In this document: positions 43,168 through 56,202 of the stretch, one piece after another
Position numbering within the stretch: the first letter of the stretch is position 1
How the letters are laid out: every line of letters begins with the position of its first letter
Assembly: GCA_000934665.2 (NCBI GenBank)
Contig: JYFJ02002519.1
Span: 1 to 56,202, forward strand
Length of the DNA stretch: 56,202 nucleotides
Direction: 5' to 3'
Source of the DNA: Catajapyx aquilonaris
Taxonomy: Eukaryota
Made by a program: the position numbers and the translations under genes
The notes under the pieces: model-generated
What the model was told of the DNA's origin: nothing
Database searches by the model: none
What the model saw: only the letters and a program-made list of their open reading frames with translations

Positions 43168-44300
43168 TAAGCACTACAGAATTAAAAATATTATCTTTTT
43201 TTTCTATTGGTTTACGTCGTAAAAATTCCCACACAAATGCCACCCATCCATACAATTAAATGAGTGACCCTTGCAGGCCTTTTTTAACAATCTGTCAAGA
43301 ATAGCACAGTAAAGCAAAAATGCAAAATGCAAATTTGCACCAACTTCTTCGAACAAATTGTTTTCCATTTTATTATTAAAAATACTGAAAGGAAATTTGA
43401 CAGAATGCATTTAAAATGTAATTTACATTGAAGCTCATTTTCATGCAGTGAAATGTATCAGTGAAATCTGCTTAACAAACAACATGAGGGTAGAATTCAT
43501 ATTAAAGCAATAATAATGAACCCACAAAAATTATTCTGATATTATGTATAACAGATATACTGCCAATATTTTTTACTTGCATACTTATAATAACTGTGAT
43601 CACGTAGACAATATGGAATTGTAAGTACAAATGTCATGAGTTCATATAAAATCAACGTCACTGTCAACGAACGCCTCTCGTGAAACGTAATACTGACCTA
43701 TGTGTTTGGTGTGGCACAAGCAGTAAAGAGAATACTGTATAGATAAAAATACCATTCCAGCACTGGTAAAAAGACCATCCTCTATTGGTCCTGTAGAGGT
43801 GATTATGGATTATGGCTGGAAAGTCATTTCTATCAGCATTACTCTTCACTCTGTGTGATCCACCAAATGAAGAGGTCTCTATTAAATTTCACGATAGTAG
43901 TTGAGTTTGTTTCAGTACTCATTCAAGCAAAGCAAATATTAAAAGTGAAAGCACACAAGGAAAATCAGATATAGCACCAGAATTTATGGTCAAAGGCAAT
44001 CCTCCACCACTGTTTGATATGAAACACACCCAACAAAGGCTCTGAAACTATCCACATTCTGCACTGTTAAAAAACACATCAAAACTCCATACACTCACAT
44101 TATGCTGTGCGTGCATTTCCATCCTCATGCATTTCATTCGTCATAAATACAGTACTATAATATTACGTAGCGCATGAAATGCATAGCTTAGGGGTGTATT
44201 ATATTAAATAGTACCTCCACCTTGTGACTTGCACAATCAATTTGAAAGGGAAGCACGTGAAACCTCCTGTCTGCTTAAAGCACTCAGAACATTATCACTC

Positions 44301-47300
44301 TTACTTCTGACTGTTCTGAGGCAAAGACTTCTCCTTCAGTTGCTTCTGCAGTGTTTCCATCTCACGCTTCAGGGAATTGACACAGTTTTTGAGGTCACTC
44401 AGGGGGCGGCTTCTAGGAGAAACTGAACTTTGCTCCAGAAGCTGAGTTATGCAGCTGTCATCATATTTCGTTGGTGTTGGAAGAGTTGCCAGCAAGTCCA
44501 CTGCAATTTCACTATTGTCCAGTACTTCCAGCTTCATTTTGAGCAGCTGGAAACAATTAATTAACAAGTGAATATTTTCAACTGAGCCATAACACTGTGA
44601 CATTACATATTTAAATGCGCATATTGAGCTAACAGGTTCACATCAAATACGAAGTCTGATTATCTCATTTCAAATGGTCTAAAAACTTTCTCCAAGATTA
44701 TTTGATACTAATCTTAACTCACAAATTCCCTCTAAAAATGTTATCACCTTATTCTGCTCCACACTGCTTTTGAGTGCACCTCTGAGCTCAGCTACCTGAG
44801 ACTGGTAGCTAAACTTGGCCTGCCTGGCATCCTCCAGCTCTCTCTGGATCTGCTGCAAATCCTCCTGCAGTTCCTCCACTGCGTGCCTCAATCCTTCCAC
44901 TTCCGCCTCCCTCCTCTCATGACTAGTGTGGAGTTGTGCTTGGATGTTCGCCAGCTCCTGGTTCTTCTGGTGCAGATGGAAACCCAGAGTCTTTAGCTGG
45001 TCTGCCATCATCGGATCATTGGCCTTGCTCTGCTCCAGGGCCCTCTTCAACGCCTCCACATCTTCCCTGTATGAGTCACATCGTTGGCTAGTACTCTGGA
45101 AGTCTTCCTGCTGCTTCCTATAGCTCTCCACCTGTTGCTCCAGCTGTGACTCCATGTCTATCAACTGTTGCTTCTTGGATTCTACCAGCTGGTTGGCTGT
45201 ATCTAGTCCAACCTTGAGGCTGTAAACCTGCTTCTTAAGATGGGAGTTATCACGCTTGTCGCTGAAGATCTGCTGCCTCAGGTCCCGAATCATTTTCTTA
45301 TCCCGGCCAGACATATCCTCCAATTCTCGCACCTTCTCCTCCAATTGGGTGGTGTCTTTGCCTTGATGCTGTGAGAGGTCCTGCAACTGAGAGTTCAACT
45401 CAGAGATGGTGAATTCCCGCCTAGACAGCTCCATTTCCATCTGGCTGCACCGCTGTTGCAGTGTGGTATGACTTTCAAGTGCACCTGTTGCAAGGGAAAT
45501 ATATCAGAACTTAATAATTTTAATAAACAAGGGTAGTTAACTTTCTTAAATTCCGAAATATGAAATAAAAATTTACAGATTCCAAAATATTCACTGCTGA
45601 AATAGCCCCCTCTTACAGCAGTAAGTTACTAAGTTGGTTTTATAAGTCATGTAGTACTGACCTGTAAGTTTACCCTTAGCTTTCTCCAGATCTAAGGCCA
45701 GCTGCTGAGCCTCACTAACTTTGGTCTCCAGCTCCTCACACCTCTGGCGCAGTTGCTGTATCTCCAATCTTAGGTCATCGCTGTCATCCTTCTCAACCAT
45801 CTCATTCAATTGCTTTTCTGCTGATTTTCTTGCCTTCATGTGCTCCTTCAGCTTCTTCAGCAAAACTCTGATATTGGACTCATATTTGGCCTGCTTTTCC
45901 TTGAAACCCACCTCTTCTTTTGCCCTGGTCTCCTCCAACTCTTTAAGTTGCTGCTGATATCTTTCTTCTAATAATTTTATTTGATTGCCCTCATCCCTAG
46001 AAACAGTAATCTCTCTCTGCAGACGATCTCTTTCTCTGTCTTCCTCCATGAAGTGCAGCCTCTCTTCCAGACCATTCTGGACATTGTGAAGATGCTCACG
46101 CTCACTCCTCATTTCCTGCATCTCAGATTCAATTGCCCTGCACTCCTCCTGGGAACGCCGCAGCTCAGAATTCAGCTCCTGCTTCATGCGAAGAGCTTCC
46201 AACAAGTCTGCTTGCAAGGATTCCAGTTTGGACTTCAGCGCAGACAGTTCTTCTGTGTTGTCAGGTTTTGACTTTTCTAGCACTTCAGCCCTCACCTATA
46301 ACAAATAGAATGGTCAAAAATTGCTCATATGATTATTTACTAACACAGTTAAACTAGTCTATAGCAGACTGCAGATCCTTACCTGTTCCAGTTGAACAAT
46401 GAGCAGTGACTTCTCCTCCATAAGGGTCTCCACTTCCTGCTGCAGCAGTTGAACTCTGTTCTTCTGAATGCTGACACTGTCTTGCCAGTCGTTCTTCTCC
46501 TTCATCAGCTCACCCAGCTGCTGATCCTTAGCTGCAACATCACCAAAGGAAGCCTCAAAACCGTGATGTTGGTTCAGAAGCTGTTGCTCACGTATATCCA
46601 GTTTTTCCCTCAGTTCCTGCTTTTCCTTCTGCACCTTACTCCTCTCCTGTGTTATATCTGCTATCTTGTACCCCAAGTCCTTATTCTGCCGCCTCAGCTG
46701 CTCAACAGTTTGTTCCAGCTTGTCAAATGCAGTGAGTCTCTCTCTGTCTGCAGATGCACTAGCTAATTTGTATTCAAGGGTGGATATACGTTCCACACTT
46801 GACCTAAGATGCAAAGAAAGGCTGGATTTGTCATGCTCCAGAGCAGACACCACCTTTTCCTTTCCTGCCAGATCTCGCTTCATTTTCTGATAGTTTGAAG
46901 AAATGCGTGCAAAATCATCATGCAGCTTCTCAACAGCAGCGTCAACCTCCTGCTTCTCCTTGTTACTGGCAACCAACGCCAACTCTGCATTCACTTTCTC
47001 TTCTCTGAGATTGCCTGTGGTTTCTTCTAGCCTCCGCAACTCATCCTTCAGTTGCCTCGTGTTTGCCTCTATCTGCTGGTTTTTGCTCTCCAGTGCTTGG
47101 TACATCAGTTCCTTCTCACTTGCTGACTTTTGCATAGTAGTGATCCTCCTTAGCATGTCTGCCCTCTCTGTTTCTAGCACACTGAGAGCCTCTGTCTTTT
47201 CCTTAATGACACCATTTGCAACATTCAATTGGTGCTGCAGGTCTTCTAGAGTAAAGTTGAGTGCAGAAGCTTTGGTCTTGTCAGATTCAAGTTTCTTCAT

Positions 47301-50300
47301 CCGGAGTAGTATGGCTTCCTCAGTAGTGCCTTTATCATGTTGGGACTGCTCGAACATAGCCTGCCTTTCCTGCATATCAGCCTCAATTGTCTCCAAGTGC
47401 CTCAGAAGTGATTCTTTCTCCTTAACTGCTCTTTGTTGGCTCTCAACATGTTGTTGGTTCAACTGGACAATCTCTGATTTCAATCTCTCCACTTCATTGC
47501 TGCAGGTGACTGAATCTGATTGGCTTGCCATCAATTCTTGCTGCAACTTTGACCTGGTTGCTTGTAAGACATGCATCTGCTCTTGATACCAGTCACGAGA
47601 CTTTTGGATTGAAGCACACTCATTCCGAGAACTGTCACACTCGCTCTCTGCCTTCAGTTTGTCCCGGAGAGCATTCTGTGCCTCAACATGCAATGTGGCT
47701 ATTTTCCCTTTCAGACCCTGCACAGCTCCATCTTTAGCTTCAGAATCTACCTTCAACTGTTCCAGATCAACTCGGAGCCTTTCGTTAACAGCCTCCAGGT
47801 CAGCTGTCTCCTCCTTGAGCATGTGTATTTCGCCATCTTTGTTCTCAAGTTGGTTCATGGCATCCTGAATTTTGGCATTAAGGGATTTGATTATGCCTCC
47901 CATGCGTTCCACCTTGACCTCCAGTTCTTCCTGAGCTGATGTGTCATGCCTAGCCTTCAGTGACTTTTCCATTGTTAGTGCCTGCACCTGAAGCTCTGAT
48001 CTTGACGCAATCACAATATGAAGTTCTTCCCGCATGCTTTCAAGCTGTCCCTCCAAATGCTGCTTCTCCTGCTGTAGTTGAATAAGTCTTCTTCTCAAGT
48101 CAGATGATGAACCATATTCTTCTTCCAACTGCATCAAATGGTATTGAGACAGAGGCTTTGTTGTTCTCCCAACCATGTCCCTTCTGTTTTCCACCTTCAT
48201 GGGCACCTTTCTTGGAAATTCAACCGGGCAGGAGGGATCCAAAAGAAGTTTTTTGATCCGAAACATCTCTTCCTCATATCCACTCACGTCAGAAAAGTTT
48301 GACAAGGTCTCCAGTCTTTCAGAATAATTTGAGTCTAAATCAATGTTGGAAGAGTACCCAGACAACGTGGAAGAGGTCTCAAGTCTGTCACTATGTTTGG
48401 GACTCAATGGAGATTCTACCTGGCTACCTCTTCCCGTACTAGATGCACTACTGGTTGAGCCTCGCCTCTTCTTCTTTTTCCCACTGGAAGACTTGTTCAG
48501 TTTTGGCCCAGTGGAAGACTGATCTAACTGAGGCTCAAGATATGACTTCTTTTCCACTAAAATTGTTATGCGGTCTTGAGGGTACTTATGTAGCTCCTTT
48601 CCTTCAGTCCTATCAACAGGTGCCTGTCGCACTGGGGTAGATTCATAGCTGGTTGAAGGAAACACGTCACTCTCCAATGTTGAAGTGGAGGAGAAGCTGT
48701 CTGTTCTGGTTATTGTTGAGTGGTAGTGAGCCTGACCGTTTCCATTTATTGTTGCATCAAGTGCTGGTCCTGCTTGGCTCATATCATTGGGTATGTTCAC
48801 ATCAGGTGCACTGTTGGTGTGTGTTCGACCTGTTAAAAACAAAACACAAATAATTTGCTATCACAATAATAATATCCATCACCACCACCTTCACGTGCAA
48901 TCCGCAACCCATACAAAACAGCACAACATTTGTGGTGACTTAATTTCTTCTGTGTCCCCCTCACACACAGGCAGTTCCAACCCCCCTCTCTTTATCAATT
49001 ATTTTAAGTGATACTGATCCTGGCATTTTAACTTTTCTCTTTGCCTTCATGAGGGCAATTTGCACTAACAAATATTCAGTGAAATTGGACCTACCCAAGT
49101 CTGAGACCTTGAGTGCAAACATCTCACTAGCATCGGCCATGTGCTGGAAACTTGTTGGCAGGCTCCCTCTATGCACAGGTGGTTCAGTTATATCATTTTC
49201 AGGTGTAGCATGTGCTTGCAAAGCAGCAGTCAGCCTTGGCAAAAGTGATGGGTCCTTTTCAATCACGTAACTGGCAACCTATATTTGGTAAAAGGGTACT
49301 TGTGAACTGCAACATAACTCTTAAAACAATTTCTTACCTCTGGTGGAATGTCTGGATATATCTCTGACAAGCTCTCATGGACAATTACACCCTGATTTTG
49401 TTTTGTCTTGAACCCTGCACTGTTATGTACTCGAGGAATCCCAACACTTCTGGCAACTTTGTTCCCACTTGCTTCACTTTCCAAGACTGACAATAAAAGT
49501 GACACAGAAAATTAATATTTCTTGCACTTTACACACAGCGACTGTGGTTTTGGGGTATGGTACAGTGAAACCTGTGTATTACGGAATCGCACCGGGCCCT
49601 AAAAATTTTCCGTAAATGGATAGGTTTCAGCTATATTCAGATCAAGGGCGTTACCAAGTTTTTTTTCCCCGGTGAGAAACAGAGGAAAATGGGGAGAGCA
49701 AAAATAAGCACCTTACCTTCAATATGGTGCAAAATCAGTCCACCACGCACACACCACACACTTTTTTCCACGAAATTCTGTGCCTGCTGTGGAAATTTCC
49801 AGCCACCCATTTGAAAAACTAAGTTTTGCCATACAAGGTTTTTGGGCTATTAATTTTGCCTGCTCTTTTGGACCATCTGCCCAAACAGGAGCTAGGTTGA
49901 GCCTTTGTCAACCCTTTCCTCTTCCCCGACATTTTAAAACTGGACTGAACAGTGAACTTGAAGACAGGGCACCTACGAATCACGAGTCACAATCTTCTTG
50001 GCCCTAAAACAAGCCACATCTCTGTTTTCCAACCAAAAATAGTCCCCTTTCCTTTCTAATATCTTCAAGGTGACTGGCTGATAGCAATTCCAGCAATTAG
50101 GAGACACAGTATGGTGAAAGAAAAAGGGTTACTCAGAGGCTTCCTGGGAGGCCCGAGAGTGAACCGGGCTGTTGTTTCTATTTTTGTGACTTGCAGGAGA
50201 TAATGTGATTTCCATTATGAACAAAGATTTTCTTAGAAGGGAGACAAAAATCCCTTTCATTTCCGCGTTGGGCAGGTTCCATAATATCTATCAAAAAATA

Positions 50301-51350
50301 CATTGCATGTCCTATACATACCCCGGTTCCCAGAAAAAATCTCGCAATGGATAGGTTTCTGCTATACCCAGGGTCTGTAATGGGCAGGTTTCACTGTATA
50401 AAGAACTCTCTAAATTCCACCACCTTGTAGCCTCTGTATCAGCACTTGCTGCAGCTGGGAAAATGCTCTGTCAACCTCCTTCTGATTTTTCTTCGGTCTC
50501 TTCCTATTATCCTTGAGGATGTTTACCATCTGCCCAAGATCAAAGGCTTCAACAGGCGAGGACACTTGCCTGGTATCCACTTCTAGCTGTAAAATTATAA
50601 ATTGTCACACATCACATGTTAACATAACTACAGTATACTAAACAAACATGCCAAATGACCCTTCATAAATTGGGAAATCCCACAAAATCATCATCTCAGA
50701 AAAGGATATTAGTCATTACAATGATGGCAAAAATTACTGCGTTTTTTCTCTCTTTATCAGAAGCACCATTAAAATACCATATAATTATGCATGCCTGCCG
50801 TTCCCAAATCGCCTGCCCTCATACCAGACACCCCATCTAGAAAAGTTTGGTGAATTGCAATGTTTTTCTGGGAGCGTAAATATTTAAAAATGCACACATG
50901 CCCAGAAAGCACTTTAAACCTTACATGCAAATGCAGCATTTTCACTGGAGAATCTGCCATTCATTTAATTGAGGGTAATTTCAAATCAGCAACAGCAACT
51001 GTCAATGGTCCTTAGGTTCTGAGGTTCAGAAAGGTGTTTCTTATGAGTTATACTCATTTTTGAGCAGGTCTGGACATATTACATGTATGTAATCAAAGGC
51101 TGCTTAACTAATTCTCTGGCACCTTTACCAGCTACCACAGTTATCCTATACTACACATGACTAATGCCCTCCCTACCAGTAAAAGCTTGCACCTAAAGAG
51201 CATGCACAATCATACTTGAAACTCTGTGTTTGGGTCGACAACGCTGTCAAGTGACAACCTCTGGTCATCGAGAGAGTCCGCAGTGAATGGCACGTCCTGC
51301 TGTCGTAAGTTGACCTGCTGCAGGGAGAAGCTAAAGCCCAGCTCTTCCAT
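44301..51350 (-). CDS. GOLGA3: Golgin subfamily A member 3 (golgin-160)-like coiled-coil protein, ~1564 aa, 8 coding exons
   Basis: Exons 51350-51216, 50586-50424, 49486-49338, 49278-49095, 48829-46383, 46295-45662, 45484-44748, 44546-44301 join in frame (4695 nt). Ser-rich head then long coiled coil. Segments SRDWYQEQM...KEKESLLRHLETIEADM, KYESNIRVLLKKLKE and RPLSDLKNCVNSLKREMETLQKQL resemble golgin-160 as I recall it. The first two exons are less certain. Confidence 0.8.
49563..50396. mobile_element. Non-autonomous Tc1/mariner-pogo-like element, 834 bp, TA TSD
   Basis: TA|CAGTGAAACCTG ... CAGGTTTCACTG|TA. AATGGATAGGTTTC.GCTATA recurs near both ends. No transposase ORF. Confidence 0.8.
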
Positions 51351-51864
51351 GGCTACTCCTGCAGCACAGGAGGCTGTGCCCTGGTTGTGCAGATGTCAAC
51401 CGCACAGTCCACTGCTCAGTGCTGGACATGTCTTAAGTAGATTCTGGCCGCTTTTTGTTGCAGCAGCAGGGACATATATCATCAAAGATCAACCATCTTC
51501 CAGCTCTACTCCCCTACGTGTCTGCCCGTGTGTTGTTGTTGCTCACCCGCCCTCTTCCTTCCTGCCCAGGAGGGGTTAAAGGAACCAGACTAATGACCCG
51601 GACCCCGTTGCAAAAAACCGGGACTAGTGTTCTAGGTTCGTGAGAAATCCTCGCAGGGAAACAGACTGGGACTTGACGTGGCCCCCCAACAGATGCTTGG
51701 CCTTGCTAGCAGACCACTTCATTTCTCAATATACATGCTTTTACCACAGAAACGGACAGCGACATTTTTCATATGCATTGAATAATGATCGGATTAATTT
51801 GGCATGTTATTATCAAAATTCAATCATATGTTATTGTACGGCGTTCAGTTCGGATGGCATGTAC

Positions 51865-51899
51865 GCCGCCATCTTTAAATGGCTGGGCTCGTGACGTCA
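51865..51899. promoter_or_regulatory. Bidirectional promoter core between GOLGA3 and DEPDC5: YY1-type motif and CRE
   Basis: CCGCCATCTT at 51866-51875 and palindromic TGACGTCA at 51892-51899, between divergent start codons 880 nt apart. Probable DEPDC5 5' UTR intron 51934-52157. Confidence 0.6.
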
Positions 51900-52229
51900 T
51901 TGCCTGTACTCACAGAATGCGCCCAACTTGCTGGTGAGTGATCAGCTCGTTTCGACGCAGGTGCTGGGCTGCCTGCAGCTGGCCCCTGGTCCAGCCCAAG
52001 GAGGATTTTTTAAAATAATTGGGTGGCTGCAGGATGGGAGCCGCCTAGGGAGCTGAGTCTGAGGGTGGCCCAGGTTAGGGCTTCCGAAGAGGAGGAGGCT
52101 CAAAATGCAGCCTTGAGCAGATGATCTGGTGAACTCCGAGCCCCCTTTTCTTATCAGCATCGGAAGGCAATGACTTTACATAATGATACAGAGGCAGTCG
52201 TGGTGAAGCCACGCTTATTCACAAACACT

Positions 52230-55200
52230 ATGAAGGTTTTCAAGCTGATTGTACACCAAAAGAATTTTAGCGGTATGTATTTTTTACACTTGCATGGATG
52301 CCCGGTTCATTAAACTTTACATGTTCTGCGTCCGTGCAGGGGAAGACCTGATTCTGAACCCAAAGGACTTTCCAGCCGTCAGACTTCATGATATTGTGGA
52401 GATATATCACCCTGAGGATGAGTTCAGTCGCCTACTTTTACAGGTTACCGCCCTGAAGGAAGACTTGCAGCAAAAAGGTACAGGACACACAATATAGGAG
52501 ATTTTATCATGCCACTAATGTGCTGGAATTATTTTTCATGCAGACACAATTAGCGTAGAGCAGTCGATTGCTACAACGTTTCAGTTGCGGACGTACACTG
52601 ATGTGAATGTCAGCATTGTTGATCCTGCTACTGTTGCACTTGATTCTGTTGAACTTACCTTTAAAGATCAGTACCTTGGCAGAAGTGAAATGTGGAGACT
52701 CAAAAATAGTCTGGTAGGTGTACGGATTTATTTTTTCTATCACGGCATTTGCATTGATCTGATATATTCTTTCCATTTTTAGGTACACACATGTGTGTAT
52801 ATTAACAAAAAAATTGAATTTTGTGGTGGAAATATAAGATGCCAAGTGTATGAAATGTGGGCAGGAGGAGAACGTGTTGCCTGTGGAGTCATAACCGATG
52901 TTACCAAAGTACGTAACACCTGTGCAGGAGTTATTTTAAGAACTGCACTGATTTATCACATTGTTCCTTATCAGGTTGTGTTCAGATCGTCAACAAGCAT
53001 GGTATATTTATTTATTCAAATGAGCTCCGAAATGTGGGACTTTGACATCCATGGTGACCTCTATTTTGAAAAGGCTGTGAATGGATTTTTGGCAGAATTA
53101 TTTGCCAAGTGGAAGGTAGCTATAATTTTAATTGCATCATAACATAAAATTAAAAAAATGTTGTACCTGAACAGTAAAAGTTGATGCATGTTAAGAAACC
53201 TTTCATGTGAGAAAGTGCAATCTGTCAGGATAGCGTCACAACTTTTCACCATCATTGCTTTTCTAGAAAAATGGCAGCAACCATGAAGTTACAATTGTGC
53301 TATTCTCGAGGTCATTTTACAAAGCTCAGGGATTAGATGAATTTCCAGAGCACATGCGAGACTGCTTACAACAAGACTACAGGGGGAAATTTTATGAAGA
53401 CTTTTATAGGTAAGCAGAAAATTTTGACAGAATTGAGTTCTGGTAATAACCTTAATTCCTTTTCCTTTTTTAGAGTGGTAGTACAAAATGAAAGGTATGA
53501 TGACTGGAGCAACATATTGACACAACTTAGACGAGTGTTTGTAGATTACCAGAAGATGGTGTTGGAATGCCACATTCTACCTGGAGTCATAATTCCAAAG
53601 GCTGTGAACTCAACTGCGGCTAGAGGAAACTTTCTGGAAGTTTTAAACATGTCTCTCAATGGTTGGTGTCCATTTTCATGCGCTTAAATTTGTAGGGACT
53701 GTAGTATGGAATTTTTAAATATTTGGTTACAGCAGCTGTCCAACAAATTATTTTGCAATCAAATAATGGATAGCTTTATCATATCTAATCCACATTTGCT
53801 CATGTAGAAATAATGTCATTTTATTTCAGTATTTGAGAAGCACTATTTAGATCGCAGCTTTGATCGAACTGGTCAGCTTTCAGTGGTCATAACACCTGGT
53901 GTAGGTGTATTTGAAGTTGATAGGGAGCTCACAAATATCACCAAACAACGAATTATAGACAATGGAGTGGGAAGTGACTTGGTGTGTGTTGGAGAGCAGC
54001 CGCTTCATGCCGTTCCTCTCCTCAAGGTTAGCATTTTGAAGTATCTTTAGAGGTTTCACATACGTATATTGATGTAGCTTGTCTTATAAATGCAACAAGT
54101 TAGTTTACGAAAATTCTGTTCCCATAGATGGTTTCTAAATGCTTAGTTAATTGCGTATGATCTCTTGCAGTTTCACAACAAGGACAGTTCTGTCAGTGTT
54201 GGTGACGATTACAGCATGCCTCACTGGATTAATCTCAGGTAAGAACTACTGCTTACAATGAAATTAGAACTTTGTAATTATGTGGTACTTAGTTAGTTAC
54301 TTGTGATCCCCACATTTTCAGTTTCTATTCATCCAACAAGAAAGTTGGGTATTCCACCTTTGTACCTAGGATAAAACTACCCTCAAGAAAATATTGGTTT
54401 GCAAAGAAGGATACTAATGGGACTGCAAGCACAACCCAAGCCAAACTCCTTAATGATGAGAACCCACTCCCTAGTTCTATCTATGATTATGATGCCTATG
54501 ATGCCAAGGTCTTCCACCTGCCCACTAGTGCAAGCAACCGTTGTTCCTTGAGTCTGCAGAGAGCATCTGCACGCAACAAGAAGAGCAGCAATCCTGATGT
54601 CCAGACACATTCCCAAAGGGTGATGAGCAGGAAGATGTCAGATCCAGACATTCGTCATGCCTCCCTTGACTCAGAAGGAAGCAATGGAAGCATCACCCTT
54701 TCTAAGTCAGCAGCCATTGCCATTCCTAGCCATTCAAAGGACATGCCCCAATATTCTTCCTCATTTGGGGCCCTTAATATTGAAGGTACTTGTTGCTCTA
54801 AAATTGTAACGTTATTAATTGAATGTAGTAATAACCCTCATTTGTCGCACCATAGAATTCTGATATGGGTGGTAAAGTTTTTATGATCCTTGAGCTAATA
54901 AGTACTTCATTAAGTGATGTTGTTGCACTGCAGGCAAGTCCAAGATGCCTCCTATGGCTGGAAATGATTGGAATGGAGAGACAACAGCCGGCGCCCAGAC
55001 TGTGGGAACTGATGGCTCCCCTTATGAACACAACCCACTGAAAAAGTACCTGCTTCGCCCAGGGAGAGCTCTAATCAACCCATTTGACCCCTCCCATGTC
55101 ACTATCAAGCTGACCTCCAATAGGAGACGCTGGACGCACATCTTTCCAAAAGGTGAACTTAGACTTAATTGTACATTCTGAAGACTTAAGTTAAGAGGGT

Positions 55201-55713
55201 CTCAACTTTGTGAAAGACTGAATTCATCTCAGAATCAGATTTTTTGTCAGATTTTCAGAGCCCTTCTTGCACATTGAGTGTGGTGTCCCTTAATAGAGTT
55301 AATTGCGATAGTAATGTACACTGCTTCATGGACTCTCAACTCTTGCATTCTATATGCAGGTCCAACTGGGGTGTTGATCCAGCAGCATCACTACCAAGCT
55401 ATTCCAACCAAATCAACTGAAGAGCAACCACATGAAGTAAACTCTGTGTTTGGGTCACCAAATCCAATGGACATGGAGATGTACAGTAGCAGCATGAGGA
55501 TGAAATCACAAGCATCCCACACCTCTTCCCAGGATGGTGAGTTGGGGACCCGCTTCTGCATGGCCATGGATAACGAGCGCCGGTCCTCCACAGTGGGCAG
55601 CAGCACCCGCACCAACCGACTCCTCTCTGACGTTGCCCACCAGGGAAACAGGAGCCTCACTCTGCTCTGGGGAGCTACAGGTGAACAGGAGTGGACTCCT
55701 TCCATCACCACAG
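52230..55713 (+). CDS. DEPDC5: GATOR1 complex subunit DEPDC5/Iml1, 5' part (continues beyond the window)
   Basis: Exons 52230-52272, 52340-52477, 52544-52713, 52783-52908, 52975-53115, 53267-53409, 53474-53661, 53830-54026, 54171-54238, 54322-54785, 54934-55152, 55360-55713 in frame. Motifs [101 protein letters not shown]. Confidence 0.95.
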
Positions 55714-56202
55714 GTAAGAATTGACAGAAGTGTCCCACATCACTTCTAGTAGATTGAGCAGCGAACTGTCCACATTGTTTCAAAAGGAGGTAAGAGAACA
55801 AGGTCTATGATTGCAGCATTGTATTCCTGCTTGCATGTTTTCTACGTCTGGTTATTATTTTTATGCCCATTGCATTTAACCAGAACAGGGCAAAACACGA
55901 GTGCTGGGACAGATTAAGCATCTCTACCTTTTTCATAGGGAATTGTGGCAGTGTGGCCTTAGTGACATTGGACCCGCCATGTACCAAGAATTTTTAACGG
56001 CAATTTTATTTACCCCAGTGTGAATTAGAAATGCATGATAGCTGAGATTTAAAACAGTTTTGTGTCATGTGTGCCAGTGTGGTTGGGTTTTTATTTATAT
56101 ATATATTTTTTTTTGGTCACTAACCATGACCCCCCCAGGTGCCAAATTAATGCCATTGAATTTATTTTATTTATTTATTTTACTTTTGAGATTACTTGGG
56201 AT

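Noticed and set aside
44271..44304. GOLGA3 stop codon lying within a donor-like GTAAGA
   Set aside because: The nearest acceptor would give a 34-nt intron, below the size range seen in this window.
46449..47939. Several plus-strand ORFs up to 227 aa
   Set aside because: Antisense shadows of the GOLGA3 coiled-coil exon.
51581..51640. Weak hairpin with ATGA and an A-run, SECIS-like
   Set aside because: Spacing does not fit SECIS, it is not in a 3' UTR, and no nearby gene needs UGA recoding.
54856..54871. Possible DEPDC5 micro-exon (catag|...|gtaaag)
   Set aside because: Weak acceptor and an immediate TGA in the required phase; exons ending 54785 and starting 54934 already join in frame.

Overview
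This is gene-dense eukaryotic DNA, most likely from an arthropod, with many 49-65 nt GT-AG introns. Gene models were built by hand from splice signals and frame continuity, and protein identities come from recalled family motifs rather than database searches. Order: 3' end of a mucin-like protein with a C-terminal VWC-like module (+, to 2489); dopamine transporter DAT (+, 10634-25106, 14 coding exons, 621 aa); an unrecognised two-exon 83-aa single-pass membrane microprotein (-, 27734-27427); HPD (-, 30382-28034, 381 aa); HIP1/HIP1R (-, 42189-31343, 985 aa); golgin-160/GOLGA3 (-, 51350-44301, ~1564 aa); and DEPDC5/Iml1 (+, from 52230, runs off the end), head-to-head with GOLGA3. Introns carry non-autonomous foldback elements of several apparent superfamilies (TA, TTA, TTAA and 9-bp target duplications). 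The most notable items are the microprotein gene, a probable U12-type intron in HIP1 with a variant 5' splice site, orphan exon-like segments upstream of DAT, DAT uORFs and a VNTR, and a MITE inserted in a DAT splice donor. No CRISPR, rRNA or tRNA was seen.
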